Shown here: positions 35,201-53,725 of the stretch, in pieces
Position numbering within the stretch: the first letter of the stretch is position 1
Layout of the letters: each line of letters starts with the position of its first letter
Source of the DNA: the human T2T-CHM13v2.0 reference genome, Homo sapiens
Reading direction: 5' to 3' (one strand)
Assembly (NCBI RefSeq): GCF_009914755.1
Contig: NC_060940.1
DNA length: 64,000 nucleotides
The notes under the pieces: generated by a model
What the model was told of the DNA's origin: nothing
Database searches by the model: none
What the model saw: only the letters and a program-made list of their open reading frames with translations
Translations under genes and position numbers: made by a program

Positions 35201-35720
35201 ATCTAAGGGTAGGTACTTTACTAACTCCAAGTTACAGATAAGGAACCCAATGCACAGCACTGCGAGGCTCGTTTGGATGGAAGGTTCAAGTCCTTTTCTT
35301 TAATAGGAGCTCCCTGTCTGATGGAGGACAGACTGGTGGGAGGGTGGAGGCGTGTGCCGTGTGCCATATGCCATGGATGGCTGGCAAATTCCTCATGTTT
35401 CCTCTCTCGCCTTCAGGCCCCAGCACCTTCTCTTTCCCCTGCTCTCCTTACTCCCTGCTCCAACACCAACTTGGACTTGGGGCGCCTCCTCCAGGTTTCC
35501 AGAGCTCTGACCACATCCCCTTTTGTAGCACTTCCCCCAGGGAGCTGTCGTTGTTGGACGTCAGCCTGTTTGCCTTCCCTCCAGACTCAGGATCAGCTTT
35601 GTGGGCCGTGTAGTCTCTGTTGCAACTACTTAATTCTCCTGTTGCAGATGGTTCATAAATGAATTGGCATGGCTGTGTTCTAGGAATATTTATGGACACT
35701 GAAATTCGAATTTCATGTGA

Positions 35721-36165
<445 letters not shown>

Positions 36166-36409
36166 TGATCCCCCAGGCTCAAGCAATCCTCCTGCCTCAG
36201 CCTCCCAAAGTTCAGAGATTACAGGCATGAGCCACTGTGCCTGGCCCGTCATTCCTTTCTGAGGTTGAATAATATCCTATTGTGTGGATAGACCACATTT
36301 AAAAAAATCCACTTATCTGTCAGTGGACATTTGGATTGTTTCTACCTTTTGATTATTAGCAACAATGCTGCTACGAACACTCAAGACAAGTTTTTTTTTT
36401 TTTTTTTGA

Positions 36410-36900
<491 letters not shown>

Positions 36901-37269
36901 TGAGTCTTTCTTTTCTTTTCTTTCTTTTTTTTTGAGATGAAGTTTCACTCTTGTTGCCCAGGCTGGAGTGCAATGGCACCATCTCGGCTCACCGCAACCT
37001 CCGCCTCCCAGAGGTTCTTCTGCCTCAGCCTCGTGGAGTAGCTGGGATTACAGGCGCCCGCCACCACACCTGGCTAATTTTGTATTTTTAGTAGAGATGG
37101 TGTTTCACCATGTTGGCCAGGCTGGTCTTGAACTCCTGACCTCAGGTGATCCACCTGCCTCGGCCTCCCAGAGTGCTGGGATTACAGGCGTGAGCTACTG
37201 TGCCAGGCTGGGATGCTGAGTCTTGATGCTGCTGTTGTTGTCATTGTCATGATCATGTTTTCCATGCAG

Positions 37270-37418
37270 GGACATTCAAGAGACACAAATGAAGTATCTC
37301 TCCGAATGGGACCAGTGGAAGCGGTATAGCAGCAAGTCTTGGAAGAGGTTCCTAGAGAAGGCTCGAGAGATGACGACCCACCTGGAGCTGTGGCGGGAGG
37401 ACATCCGCAGCATAGAAG
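37270..37418 (+). CDS. TMC7: TMC7 exon 3 ([19 protein letters not shown]...EDIRSIE)
   Basis: tttccatgcAG acceptor; G|GTATGC donor; 149 nt; ends with the start of the TMC-family IEGxFG motif. Confidence 0.96.
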
Positions 37419-37742
37419 GTATGCTGTCCTCACCTCTCTGCAGGCTCCTCCGCAGAAGTCTGTGTCTGGGGAGCAAGTACAGCTTCGTTTCCACTAGGGT
37501 CTAGCTGAAATTGAGCATTTCTTTCCATGATGAATGTGAGCAACAAACCACAGCAAGGTTTAGCAGAACCTGTGACTTTGTCACCAGGAAAAATCGTGGA
37601 TATTTTCCTGTCCCTTCCAGTTGTTGTATTTATCTTGGAATACCGTTAATACCCATGAATACTTGGAAATTTCAGTCATTATTAGACTTCCCACTAGATC
37701 TTGTTATTTAATGTGCTAGTGAAGACCAGGCGCAGTGGCTCA

Positions 37743-38027
<285 letters not shown>

Positions 38028-39104
38028 TCATGATGCTCACATAGGTCATTCTATCACACATGTTTTTTAAATAATATGATAACTGTATATCTTTTTATCT
38101 TATGCATTTAAATTAAATGCATGAATAGTATTATTTAAAAATAATATTAAATTATTTAATAATTTAATTTAAATTAAATGCATAAAATAGTATTATTTAA
38201 AAATAATATTAAATTATAATATTTTAATATTAGTAAACTATTATTTCATGCATTAAAATATTATGCATAAATATATTATTTTAAAATGTTATACTTTTAA
38301 TTTCAATGCATAAAATAAAAACAGACATACAGTTATCATATTATTAAAAACATTATCCCAGCCAGGCGGTGGTTCATGCCTGTAATCCTAGCATTTTGGG
38401 AGACTGAGGCAGGAAGAGCATCTGAGCCCAGGAGTTTGAGACCAGCCTGGGTAACAAAGTTTAAGACCTTCCCTCTTCAAAAAACAGTTTTTTTTTTTTT
38501 TTTTTTGAGACTGAATCTTGCTCTATCACCCAGGCTGGAGTGCAGTGGTGCAATCTCGGCTCACTGCAGGCTCCGCCCCCCGGGGTTCACGCCAGTCTCC
38601 TGCCTCAGCCTCCCGAGTAGCTGGGACTACAGGTGCCCGCCACCTCGCCTGGCTAATTTTTTGTATTTTTAGTAGAGACGGGGTTTCACCGTGTTAGCCA
38701 GGATGGTCTTGATCTCCTGACCTCGTCATCCGCCCTTCTCGGCCTCCCAAAGTGCTGGGATTACAGGCGTGAGCCACCACGCCTGGCTCCAAAAAAAGCT
38801 TTAAAAATTAGCTGGATGTGGTGCTATATGCCCATAGTCCCAGCTTCTGGGGAAGCTTAGGCAGGAGGATCACCTGAGCCCAGGAGTTTGAGGCTGCAGT
38901 AAGCTATGATTGTGCTATTGCACTCCAGCCTGGGTAACAGAGCCAGACCCTGTCTCAAAACAAAAACATAAATAAACAAACAGAAAGCCTTATTATCCTG
39001 AGTCGAGGTTCATCACTTTTACCAAACTGCAAAGAGTTCCTGTGGCCCTGAAAATACTGTGAACCCCTACTTTCCTATAATGGTGAGAATTTGGGATTAA
39101 AATA

Positions 39105-39434
39105 TTGTTATTAGTTGGCTTGGGCTGCCATAACAAAATACCGCAGACTGGATGGCTTAAAAAACAGAAACTTTTTTTTCTCATAGTTTTGGAGGCTCGA
39201 ACAGGCCTTCTTGCTGTGTTCACGTAACCTTTGCTTTGAGTGTGCTCTGAGAAAGAGTGCAAACTCTCTGGTGTCTCTTTTTATAAGGACACTAATCCCA
39301 TCATGGGACACCACTCTCAAGACCTCATTGAAACCTAATCACCTCCCAAAGGCTCATCTCCAAATACCATGACACTGGGTGTTAGGGCTTCACCATACGA
39401 ATTTGAGGGTGGGGACACAATTCAGTCCATAGCA
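39105..39434 (-). mobile_element. MLT1A-like MaLR LTR
   Basis: gggctgccataacaaaatacc...ataaggacactaatccca...ggggacacaattcagtccatagca. Confidence 0.75.
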
Positions 39435-39688
39435 AGTATGCAAAAATGGGAAGTTGTGCCAAAATACAAAATTAGCCAGGCACAGTGGCTCATGCCCCCA
39501 TCCTAGTGCTTTGGGAGGCTGAGGCAGGAGGATCACTTGAGCTCAGGAGTTTGTGACCAGCCTGGGTAACATAGTAAGATCCTGTCTCTATTTAATCTAA
39601 AAATAAAAATGAAAATAAAAAAAAACCAAAATACAAAATTAGAAACATTAAACATTTTTTTGATTATCTATTTTATTTTATTTTTTGA

Positions 39689-39832
<144 letters not shown>

Positions 39833-40869
39833 TAATTTTTGTATTTTTAGTAGAGACGGGGTTTCACCATGTTGGACAGGCTGGTCTTGAATTCCTGACC
39901 TCAGGTGATCTGGCTGCCTTGGCCTCCCAAAATGCTGGGATTACAGGCGTGAGCCACCACGCCCGGCCAGGATTATCTATTTTACAGCAAAACATTTTTC
40001 AAACATCTCCCCAAAACTGCTAAAATGGAAACTTTGTGAGGTTTGTAAGGAATGTAGTAGGATAAACAAAGGAAATGATTGTCTCCATTATTACTATTTT
40101 AAGACCTATAAAATACAATTGGCAATCTATCCAATGAGCTACCTTTTTATTGTTGTTTTATTTGGAGAATATAACATATTTCTAAAAGGCTTCTTGGCTC
40201 ACTTAAGACTTTAACCATGCACTCATACTTTTTCTCTTGAGATTTAAGTTTAACATTATGTTTGGAGCAAAATAATAAAAGCTAACTGTTACTGAACATT
40301 TACTATAAACCAGGCATTGTGTTAAGCACTTCACTCATTACCTCAGTTAATCTTCAAAGGAAACTTTCATTTAGGTACTTGTCATTTGCATGGCTCAGAG
40401 AGTTTGAGATCTTGTCCAGGTTCACTCAGACAGGGTGAGGCAGAAGCAGGGTTTGAACCCAGGCATTCAAGATGTAGAGTCCAAGGTTTTAGCCACTATG
40501 TCTAGCTTCCTCTCTTGTGAAGTGGTAGGCTTTCTTCAGATTTTCATTCAGAAAGTGGCTTGTGTGGTAGACGGTAGGTTCTCCCTGGGAACCGGGATTT
40601 TGATTTTCTCTGCAGTTACTCTACCCCTGTGATTTCTTGGCTGGGTAGGTGCTCATCTGACATGAAGTGCAGGTGTGATAATTAAATTTCTTGCCTCTGG
40701 CAGATTGCTAAGTATTAGACAGTGGCAAAAAACTGTGGGTATCTTATATCTTCGGTCTCCAGTAATAAGTTCTTTGCCCCTACCAAGAACAAGAAGCCAT
40801 CCTTGCTCTTCAGAATGCTTTCTATCCTCAGCAATTTAATCATTATCTAGCGGAAGGTTGGTTTTCTAT

Positions 40870-41675
40870 TTGCAAATCAATCGATGTAATTCACCACAAA
40901 ACAGAATAAAAGAAAAAAAATATGATCATCCCAACAGATGCAGAAAAAGCTCTGATAAACTTCAGTTCTCATTTTTAGCAAATAAGAAGTAGATAAGACC
41001 TTTCTTAATTTTGATTTTAAAAACCTATAAACATTATACAGCAAACAACATACTTAATGATGAAATATTGAAAGCTCTTTCCTTGAGATTGAGAATGAGA
41101 AAAAGGTGCCGATTATCACAGATTCTATTCAAAATCATCCTGGAAGTTCTAGCCAATGTAGTAGGATGGGCGGGGGGAAGGATAATAATTGGAAAGGAAG
41201 AAATAAAATGTCATTTTTTTTTGCAGATGACAATGATATGCATGTAGATAATTAAAAAGAACTATTAATGTTAATGTAACAAGGTTTATTGTTAATGTTA
41301 GTGTCTCTATATAAAATGAATTGTATTTCCATGTACCAACAACAAACATTTAGAAAGTGAAATTTTTTAAATGATACAATTTACAATAGTATCAAAAATG
41401 TCAGGGCTGGGCGTGGTGGCTCACGCCTATAATCCCAGCACTTTGGGAGGCTGAGGCAGGTGGATCACCTGAGGTCAGGAGTTCGAGACCAGCTTGGCCA
41501 ACATGGTGAAACCTCATCTGTACTAAAAACATAAAAATTAGCTGGGCGTGGTGGCTCAGCCTCGGGAGGCTAAGGCGTGAGAATTCCTTGAACCCAGGAG
41601 GCAGAGGTTGCAGTGAGCTGAGATCACGCCACTGCACTCCACCCTGGGCAACAGAGTGAGACATGGTGTCAAAAA

Positions 41676-41710
<35 letters not shown>

Positions 41711-42330
41711 AAGCCAGATATCTAGGAATATATCTAAAGAATCATATGCAATAATTATGCACAGAAAACTATAATAGTATTATTGAGAAAAACTAAGGAA
41801 GACCTAAATATACCATGTTGATGGATCAGAAGACTTAATATTATAAATATGTCACTTCTCCTCAAATTGACCTGTATATTTTATGTAATCCCAATCAGAA
41901 TCTTAGCAGATTGCACGTGAAAATTAAAACACTAATTCTAACATTTGTACATAAATGCAAAAGACCAAAGATATCTAAGACAATCTTGAGGAGTAACAAA
42001 GCTTAAAGATACCATGTGACAAGTCTTACAAATCTGCAGTAATTAAGACAGTCTAGCATTGGTGTAAGGATAGACATGTAGACCCATGGAACAGGATAGA
42101 GTTTAGAAACAGATTCATACATATATGTTCAGGTGATTATTTCCAAAAAAGGCAGCCAATAAATGGTGCTGAGTCAACTAGAGATTCATATAAGGAAAAG
42201 ATAAATATTGAGCCCTCCCTCATACGATTCTCAAGTGATTAATTCAAGATTGATTGTAGATCTACAGGTGAAAAGTTAAAACACTAGAAGATCGAGTCTT
42301 AAAGCTAACAATTGAGAAAAAAATAAAACG
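40870..42330 (+). mobile_element. Ancient L1M ORF2 fragment, interrupted by an Alu (about 41405-41710)
   Basis: Degenerate ORF2 similarity: atgatcatcccaacagatgcagaaaaagc and translated TANNILNDEILKALSLR. Confidence 0.8.
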
Positions 42331-42447
42331 TTTCTTCCTCCTTCCAGCTACTGATTCCTCCAGCTTCAGCTTTTGTGGCTGATTGAATCTATGATGTGTA
42401 GTGTATCAATATCCCTGGTCAGTGATGTCCGGGTTTGTTTTTTCCAG

Positions 42448-42615
42448 GGAAATTTGGCACTGGGATTCAGTCCTATTTCTCCTTCTTGAGATTCCTGGTG
42501 TTGCTGAATTTGGTGATATTTCTGATCATCTTTATGCTGGTTTTGCTCCCAGTCTTACTCACGAAATACAAGATCACCAACAGCAGCTTCGTGCTCATTC
42601 CTTTCAAAGACATGG
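42448..42615 (+). CDS. TMC7: TMC7 exon 4 ([34 protein letters not shown]..., first transmembrane helix)
   Basis: tttttccAG acceptor; G|GTGAGT donor; 168 nt; TMC-family signature FGxGxxSYFxFLRxLxxLN followed by a hydrophobic helix. Confidence 0.97.
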
Positions 42616-43179
42616 GTGAGTGTAAGGCCTGGTTTACTACGAAGTGTGTTTGTTTTTCACCATGTACCTTGCTACAATGCTTCCTTTGCTAAGAATCTTT
42701 ATTCTAATTCTTGGGCGACTGTATTAGTCAGGATGGTCTAGGTTATGCTGCAGAAACAAGTGACCCCATAATGCTCATGCTGCTGTGGAATAACAGCATG
42801 CAGGCACGACAGCATAACAGTATGAGACTGTGAGTGAGAAATAACCACAAAGGTTCATTTCTCACTCACAGTCCATGTCCACTGTGTGCTCTGGAGCCCA
42901 AGCTGATGGAGCAGCCTCTATCTGGAGCATTGATAGTCACACATACAAGCAAAACACAAGCTCTACATGTGGACTTACATACAAAATATGTAAAAAAGAC
43001 ATATCCCCAGATGTGTGGGGAGAATAGTGAAGGAAACATTAGAAGTAGAAGGAGAAAGAGATGTTACTGTATTGGACACATTGGGGTTTGGACTGAAAAT
43101 GGCAAATCACAAATACACAAACATATCTATGTGCAAATATGCAAATATATATGACATTTCTAAATGTAATATACATATA

Positions 43180-43523
43180 CAGTCATGTACCCCATGTCAA
43201 TGTTTCAATTAACAATGGACCACATATGCAATGGTGGTCCCCTAAGATTATAATACTGGATTTTTGCTGTACTTTTTCTTTGTTTAGATATGTTTAGATA
43301 CACAAATACTTAACATTGTGTTGCAGTTACCTACAGTATTCAGTGCAGTAATGTGCTGTCCACGTTTGTAACCTAGGAGCATAGGCCATACCATACAGCC
43401 TAGGTGTGTAGTAGGCCATCCCATCTAGGTTTGCGTAAGTCCACTCCGTGATGTTCGCATGACGAAATTGCCTAAGGACATATTTATCAGACTGTATCCT
43501 CCTCGTTAAGCCATGCATGACTG
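43180..43523 (+). mobile_element. Tigger3a-like Tc1/mariner MITE
   Basis: Terminal inverted repeats CAGTCATG...CATGACTG with TA on both sides; internal sequence matches the recalled Tigger3a consensus. Confidence 0.88.
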
Positions 43524-43646
43524 TACATGCTTATACACACAAATAGTGAAAAACAGGCAGGCTGTGGCCGGGTCCGGGGGCTCACGCCTGTAATCCCAGC
43601 ACTTTGGGAGGCTGAGGTGGGTGGATCACCTGAGGTCAGGAGTTCA

Positions 43647-43925
<279 letters not shown>

Positions 43926-43931
43926 TTACAG

Positions 43932-44014
43932 ATAAACAATGTACAGTCTATCCAGTAAGCAGTTCTGGACTCATTTACTTTTACAGTTATATCATAGACT
44001 TGCTTTCTGGCACT
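43932..44014 (+). CDS. TMC7: TMC7 exon 5 ([28 protein letters not shown])
   Basis: tttgtttcttacAG acceptor; ACT|GTAAGT donor; 83 nt; phases match both neighbours. Too short for the ORF track. Confidence 0.94.
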
Positions 44015-44146
44015 GTAAGTATTTAACATAATCCTTTGTTTAGCTCCTCAATCTACTAAAAATTGATTGATTTAAAGATCAGTTTCCCAAATTTCTGCAG
44101 TGAGAGCTAAACACAAGTGTTGGTTGACACATGTACCAGTAAATGA

Positions 44147-44566
<420 letters not shown>

Positions 44567-44986
44567 TAGTCCTTCAATCTTTGTATTGATCTGCAACACA
44601 ATACCGAGGTCCCCCACAGAAAGAAGCTTCAGTGAAAATGAACCCAGATAGAATGTTTACAATTTCTCTGACACCGATAAACCCCAACATTTTGGAGTCC
44701 CAGACTGGATGGATGAAAGACATAGCTCTTCTTTCCAGAAATTACACACAGGGACATGTGCGATGCACAACCTCACACTTTCAGATGATATGCACATATA
44801 CCTGCATATCATGTACATGGGCGTATGAAGATTCTCTGAAATCCCTTATAAGTCAATCCAAGGTTAACATCCCCCACCACCACCCCAACTCTAAAATGGA
44901 CTTAATCTCTTTGCTTTTATGGTAGTTGTAAAAGGTTTTTATTATCGCCTTCTAAAGAAATGATTTTGGCCAGGCGCAGTGGCTCA

Positions 44987-45274
<288 letters not shown>

Positions 45275-45334
45275 TCACTTTTTTCATCAAATAAGATTGC
45301 AGCTATGAAAAGTGGCTATCTTTGCCCTTTAGAC

Positions 45335-46069
<735 letters not shown>

Positions 46070-46331
46070 CTCTAGGTGTTTAAGAAATACAAATAAGTAT
46101 TTTTATTTTTTCAGAAATACTTTCTGAAAATTACTGGTATCAAAATACCATACCGGCCGGGTGCGGTGGCTCATGCCTGTAACCCCAGCACTTCAGAGAG
46201 GCCAAGGCGGGCAGATCACCTGAGGTCAGGGGTTCAAGACCAGCTTGGCCAACATGGTGAAACCCCATCTCTACTAAAAATGCAAAAATTATCCAGGCAT
46301 GGTGGCGGGTGCCTGTAATCCCAGCTACTTA

Positions 46332-46436
<105 letters not shown>

Positions 46437-47077
46437 TCAAAACAAAACAAAACAAAACAAAAAACAAAAAAACAAATAAACAAATGCCATACCATTGAGC
46501 TTCTACTTTTCTGAATAAATTGGTAGAAAGCCTTGAATTTGTCCACTGCATTTGATTTTGAAAAAGCCCCCCACCCTTTTTTTTTTTTCTTTTTGAGACA
46601 AGATCTGGCTCTGTTGCTCAGAGAGTGCAGTGGCACAATCTTGGCTCATTGCAACCTCTGCCTCCTAGGCTTAAGCCATCCTTTCACCTCAAGCCTCCGA
46701 AGTAGCTGGGACTACAGGTGCATACCCCCATGCCCAGCTAATTTGTGTGTGTGTGTATGTGCGTGTGTTTGTTTTGTAGAGACAGAGTTTTGCCATGTTG
46801 CCTAGGCTGGTCTCGAGCTCCTGAGCTCAAGCAATCCACCTGTCTCGGCTTCCCAAAGTGCTGGGATTACAGGTGTGAGCCACTATGCCGCACCTGATTT
46901 TGAAAAAACCCTTTTACATCTCTGATCTCACGTTTTCCTAAAAACAACCCAGGGGAATTGTTGGGTGGGTGTTCAAATGTCTACTATGCAAAAAAAGTTA
47001 AAAAAAAAATAGATGGCTTGGCACAGTGGCTCACGCCTGTAATCCCAGCACTTTGGGAGGCCGAGGCGGGTGGATCA

Positions 47078-47364
<287 letters not shown>

Positions 47365-47515
47365 TTACATCCCACAAGAAAAGTTTCTGTTTGTGAAAAA
47401 AAATAGTTTCTTCGCACACTGTAACCTTCTTCCTGATAGGAAAAATTTTATAGGAGAGTTAGCTGCGCTTAATTATAGATGTTCAATAAAGTAAGCATGA
47501 TAACAGCCTGTCTGA

Positions 47516-48107
<592 letters not shown>

Positions 48108-49432
48108 TGAACCCGTGACCTCAAGTGATCTGCCTGCCTCAGCCTCCGAAAGTGCTGGGATTACAGGTGTGAGCCACTGTGCCCGGCCCAGAACCACTAA
48201 CTCTTGAGCACTTGAAATATGTCTAGTGTGGCTGGGAAACTGAATTTTCATTTAATGTTATTGTTAATAATATAAATGTAAATAGGCACAAGTGAAAGAG
48301 GGCCAGAGAGATCAAACAGGGGCTTGTTTTTCTTAAAAACAATTGAACCAAGCTCATTATCAAATCAGAAAATATTTTCCAGGCCCAGCCGACCTTTCCC
48401 CTGTAATTGTTACATTATTTTTAGGGAGAGGTTGGTGACAGCCCTGATATCAGCCCTTGGCAGTATAAACAGGTTTCTTCTGGTTGGACACGTTTTTATG
48501 GCCTTTGGGAGAGTTGAAAGGAGAATGGAGTCTTCTGCTTCTACTTTTTCTTTTCCAGTTAACACATGACTTAATTACCCAGATAATATAAGAATGCACG
48601 GTTGTCTTGTATAATTTTAAAATACAGATATGCACAATTGTATAACGTAAATATGCTCAGCTTCAATAAATTTGTTTTAAGAAGACACACACACACACAC
48701 AAGAATGCACAGTTGTCATGAAAAATACAGAATTTATAGAGTAAAAAATGAAAATATCCCTCCCCAGAGGTCACTGAACATTTAACCCCATGGTTTACAG
48801 CCTACTTGACCGCTGACCTTTCTCTGTGCACTTACATGGTCTTGCTTGATATTTCATAATATGGATTTTTAGTGTTCTAGCCCAATCCCTGTATGGACAT
48901 TCAGATTTCCTCTCATTTCCTTCCTTTATAAACAATGCTGTAGGGAACCTCTATGTATTATCTACCTACAATGTTTCTGCTATATCTGTTCTCTTCTTCA
49001 CTCTCCTGGAGTTTTCCTGCCATCCAAGGAGGTGTTTGAGGTGTTCAATCATTCCCACCATAAGAAGTCAGTCAGCCGGGCACAGTGGCTCAAAACCTGT
49101 AATCCCAGCACTTTGGGAGGCTGAGGCTAGAGGATCATTTGAGCCCAGGAGTTGGAGACCAGCCTGGGCAACATGGCGAGACCATATCTCTACTTTTTTA
49201 TTTAAAAAAAAGAAGGAGAAGAAGTCAGAGAGTGTTCTGAGCCACCAGGCCTTACTGTTCTTCTTCTTCAAAGTTGTTTTGGCTCTTTTTCTGGGTGTGT
49301 TGCGATTCCATATGAATTTTAGGATCAGCTTGTCAGTTTTTCTATAAGGAAGCCAGCTAGGATTCTAACAAGGATGATGTTGAATCTGTAAATCAATTTG
49401 AGGAATTTGGCCATAGATCTTCTGATCCATAA

Positions 49433-49711
<279 letters not shown>

Positions 49712-49792
49712 TGATCCACCCGCCTCGGCCTCCCAAGGTTCTGGGATTACAGGCATGAGCCACTGTGCCCGGCCGAGATTTGCACTTTTTAA

Positions 49793-50030
<238 letters not shown>

Positions 50031-50384
50031 TAGCCAGGATGGTTTTGATCTCCTGACCTTGTGATCTATCCGCCTCGGCCTCCCAAAGTGCTGGGATTAC
50101 AGGCATGAGCCACCGTGCCCGGCACGAGATTTGCACTTCCTTAGTTAAATTTAGTCCTAATGTTTTATTCTTTTCGATGCTATGGCACATGGAATTTTAT
50201 TCTTAATTTCAGTTTTGGCTTGTTATATTTGCTTTTTTTCTTTCAGAGACAGGGTCTTGCTCTGTTACCCAGTCTAGAGTGCAGTAGCACAATCACGGCT
50301 TATTCCAGCCTCCTGAGCAGCTGGGACCATAGACATGCACCTCTATGCCTAGCTAATTTTTTTAAAAAAAATTTGTAGAGATAG

Positions 50385-50660
<276 letters not shown>

Positions 50661-51043
50661 TAGCTGGGGTTACAGGCGCGCAACACCAGGCCCAGCTAAT
50701 TTTTTTGTATTTTTAGTGAAGACGGGGGTTTTGCCATGTTGGCCAGGCTGGTCTTGAACTCAAGACCTCAGGAGATCTGCCCGCTTTGGCCTCCCAAAGG
50801 GCTGGGATTACAGGCGTGAGCCACCTTGCCCGGCCCACCTGTGCATTTTTAATGCCAGGGTTTTATCAGTGCTTTATTTACCAAACACTGAATACTCCCT
50901 GTGCCTCTGGGGCTGTTCCAGTCTCTGGGGATACAGAGAGGAAAGGGGACACTGGAACTTGTGTTCCTTGAGGCAGGGACTACTCTTCCGGTTCCCTGCA
51001 GTAAGCTGACCAGTCTGACTTCATGCTCTTGGCTTCGTTTCAG

Positions 51044-51189
51044 GGTTTCCTGGAGGAAACTAGCCTCTTTTACGGACATTACACCATTGATGGGGTGAAA
51101 TTTCAGAACTTCACCTATGATCTGCCCCTGGCGTATTTGTTAAGCACAATCGCCTCCCTGGCCCTGAGCCTTCTTTGGATAGTGAAAAG
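51044..51189 (+). CDS. TMC7: TMC7 exon 6 ([13 protein letters not shown]...[24 protein letters not shown])
   Basis: cttcgtttcAG acceptor; AG|GTAAAG donor; 146 nt; TMC-conserved LFYGxY and YxLPLAY motifs plus a transmembrane helix. Confidence 0.96.
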
Positions 51190-51561
51190 GTAAAGTCTGC
51201 CTTTGCATTCTCTCTGAATTACCCCTGATGGCTGGAGGCTATTGGAGATATGGGAGCTCTGGAAGCCATTGCCTAAAGGATGAGTGGAGTCCAATGATGG
51301 GTTTTGTGGGGAAGGGTTTGTGAGTCCATTGGCAGCTGAAGAGACCTGGGAGAAATACAAGTCAGGATTTGGGATGGAGTAGCAGACTGAGGTTCTTCTT
51401 TTTTTTTTTTTTTTTCCAGACAGAGTCTTTCTCTGTCACACAGACTGGAGTGCGGTGGCGGGATCTCGGCTCACTGCAACCTCTGCCCCTCAGGTTCAAG
51501 TGATTCTTGTGCCTCAGCCTCCTGGGTAGCTAGGACTACAGGAACGTGCCACCATGCCTAG

Positions 51562-51687
<126 letters not shown>

Positions 51688-52330
51688 TAGCCTGGGGTTC
51701 TCCACTCAATCATTACTGAACACATCTGGCAATCCCACCCCACTGCACACATACCCCTTCCTTTGCTTAGGTGTGTATATTAACTAGGTCTCTACTGGGT
51801 TGTAAGTAGCAGAAACCTAGCTCTGAGGGTTATTGAGTGGCTCACAGATCCAAGGAAGGGAGGAAACTCAAATTACAGGAAGGACAAAGATGGAGCCATG
51901 GCTTAGGAACGATATCAAAAGTAAGAATCCCTCGTCTTCAATTCTTAGGTGTAGTGGTGCCTTTCTTAAATGGTGGGAAATAGGGCATCTTATAGTTTGC
52001 ATCAGCCTTGACCTCCTGGGTCACAGGTGCAGAAATCCTTAGAAAAGACTTGTTGTATCTGCTTCATTCAGGTTCCCAGCCGTGACCCTTCCACCGTTGC
52101 CATGGGGAGCAGTGTGTCTGCGATGAGCCCCTGGTGGTTCAAGTGCCCAGCACTGTGCGAGCACTTCAGCTGTGGCCAGGGGCTGGGGTCCTATGACAAC
52201 ATGACTTTTCCTGTGGGAGACAAGTGGTTTAGGGAGAGAGAGCAATTCCCAAGAAAAGAGAAGAGTATTAATTCCCTTAACAAACAACAGGTACAAAAGG
52301 CACAAAGACCCAAACACAATAGAAATTTTA

Positions 52331-52537
<207 letters not shown>

Positions 52538-53362
52538 TTACATGACAGTCCTGGGTGGGGGCACAGGTTAGTGTGGTAGAATTCATCTTATAGTATTCTA
52601 GGACTAAAGTTGACCAAAGTTCAGCCATCTTCAGCATGTGGCTTCGAAGGTCCTGCCAAGGGATGGGAAAGGAAAACTCATGGAGGAGAACCATGCGGAT
52701 GGTATTTATAGGCCAGACCTGGAAGTGGTGTACATCACTCACATCCCATTGGCTACAGCTCAGTCACATGACTATAGCCAATTGCAAGGGAGGCCAGGAA
52801 ACATTGCTTCTGGCTGGGCAGCTATTTACCCAGCAGTGACACTGTATTATAGAAGATGGACCACAAATTTTTGATGGACAGCTTGCCATCTCTGCGCCAG
52901 GGGGGTTGCTTGGCAGACAGTATCATGGATGGGCCTCTTTCTTGCCCACTTGATTGTCCCTGTGAGAGCATGCACAGTGTTGTAAGCCATGGAGCTGTGA
53001 AGCTCCTTATCACAGGTGCAGAAGAGACCAGGGTGCTGCGGATTGATCTGGCCCTCCATAAGGACCAGGATTCACCATTGCAAAGAAAACCCCAATGCCC
53101 AGCTGGGCACTTGTATCCTGAGTTAGAATCTGTGAGATGAACGTGAACTAGTGAGCGTCCATCCCCCACCCAAGTGTACTATGTACAAATGAGAAGCAGC
53201 CTCAGGCTGCTTTTGAGGGGCAAAGAGATGCTTGGTAAAGAAATATTGGTTGATTGGGGTTCCGTGATTGTGCCAGGGGAGATCCAAGTTTTATGGACCT
53301 ACAGGGTAGACAATTTGGAAGTGCCATCTTTAAGACAAAGAGTATGAAAATATGTTTTGTAA

Positions 53363-53725
<363 letters not shown>

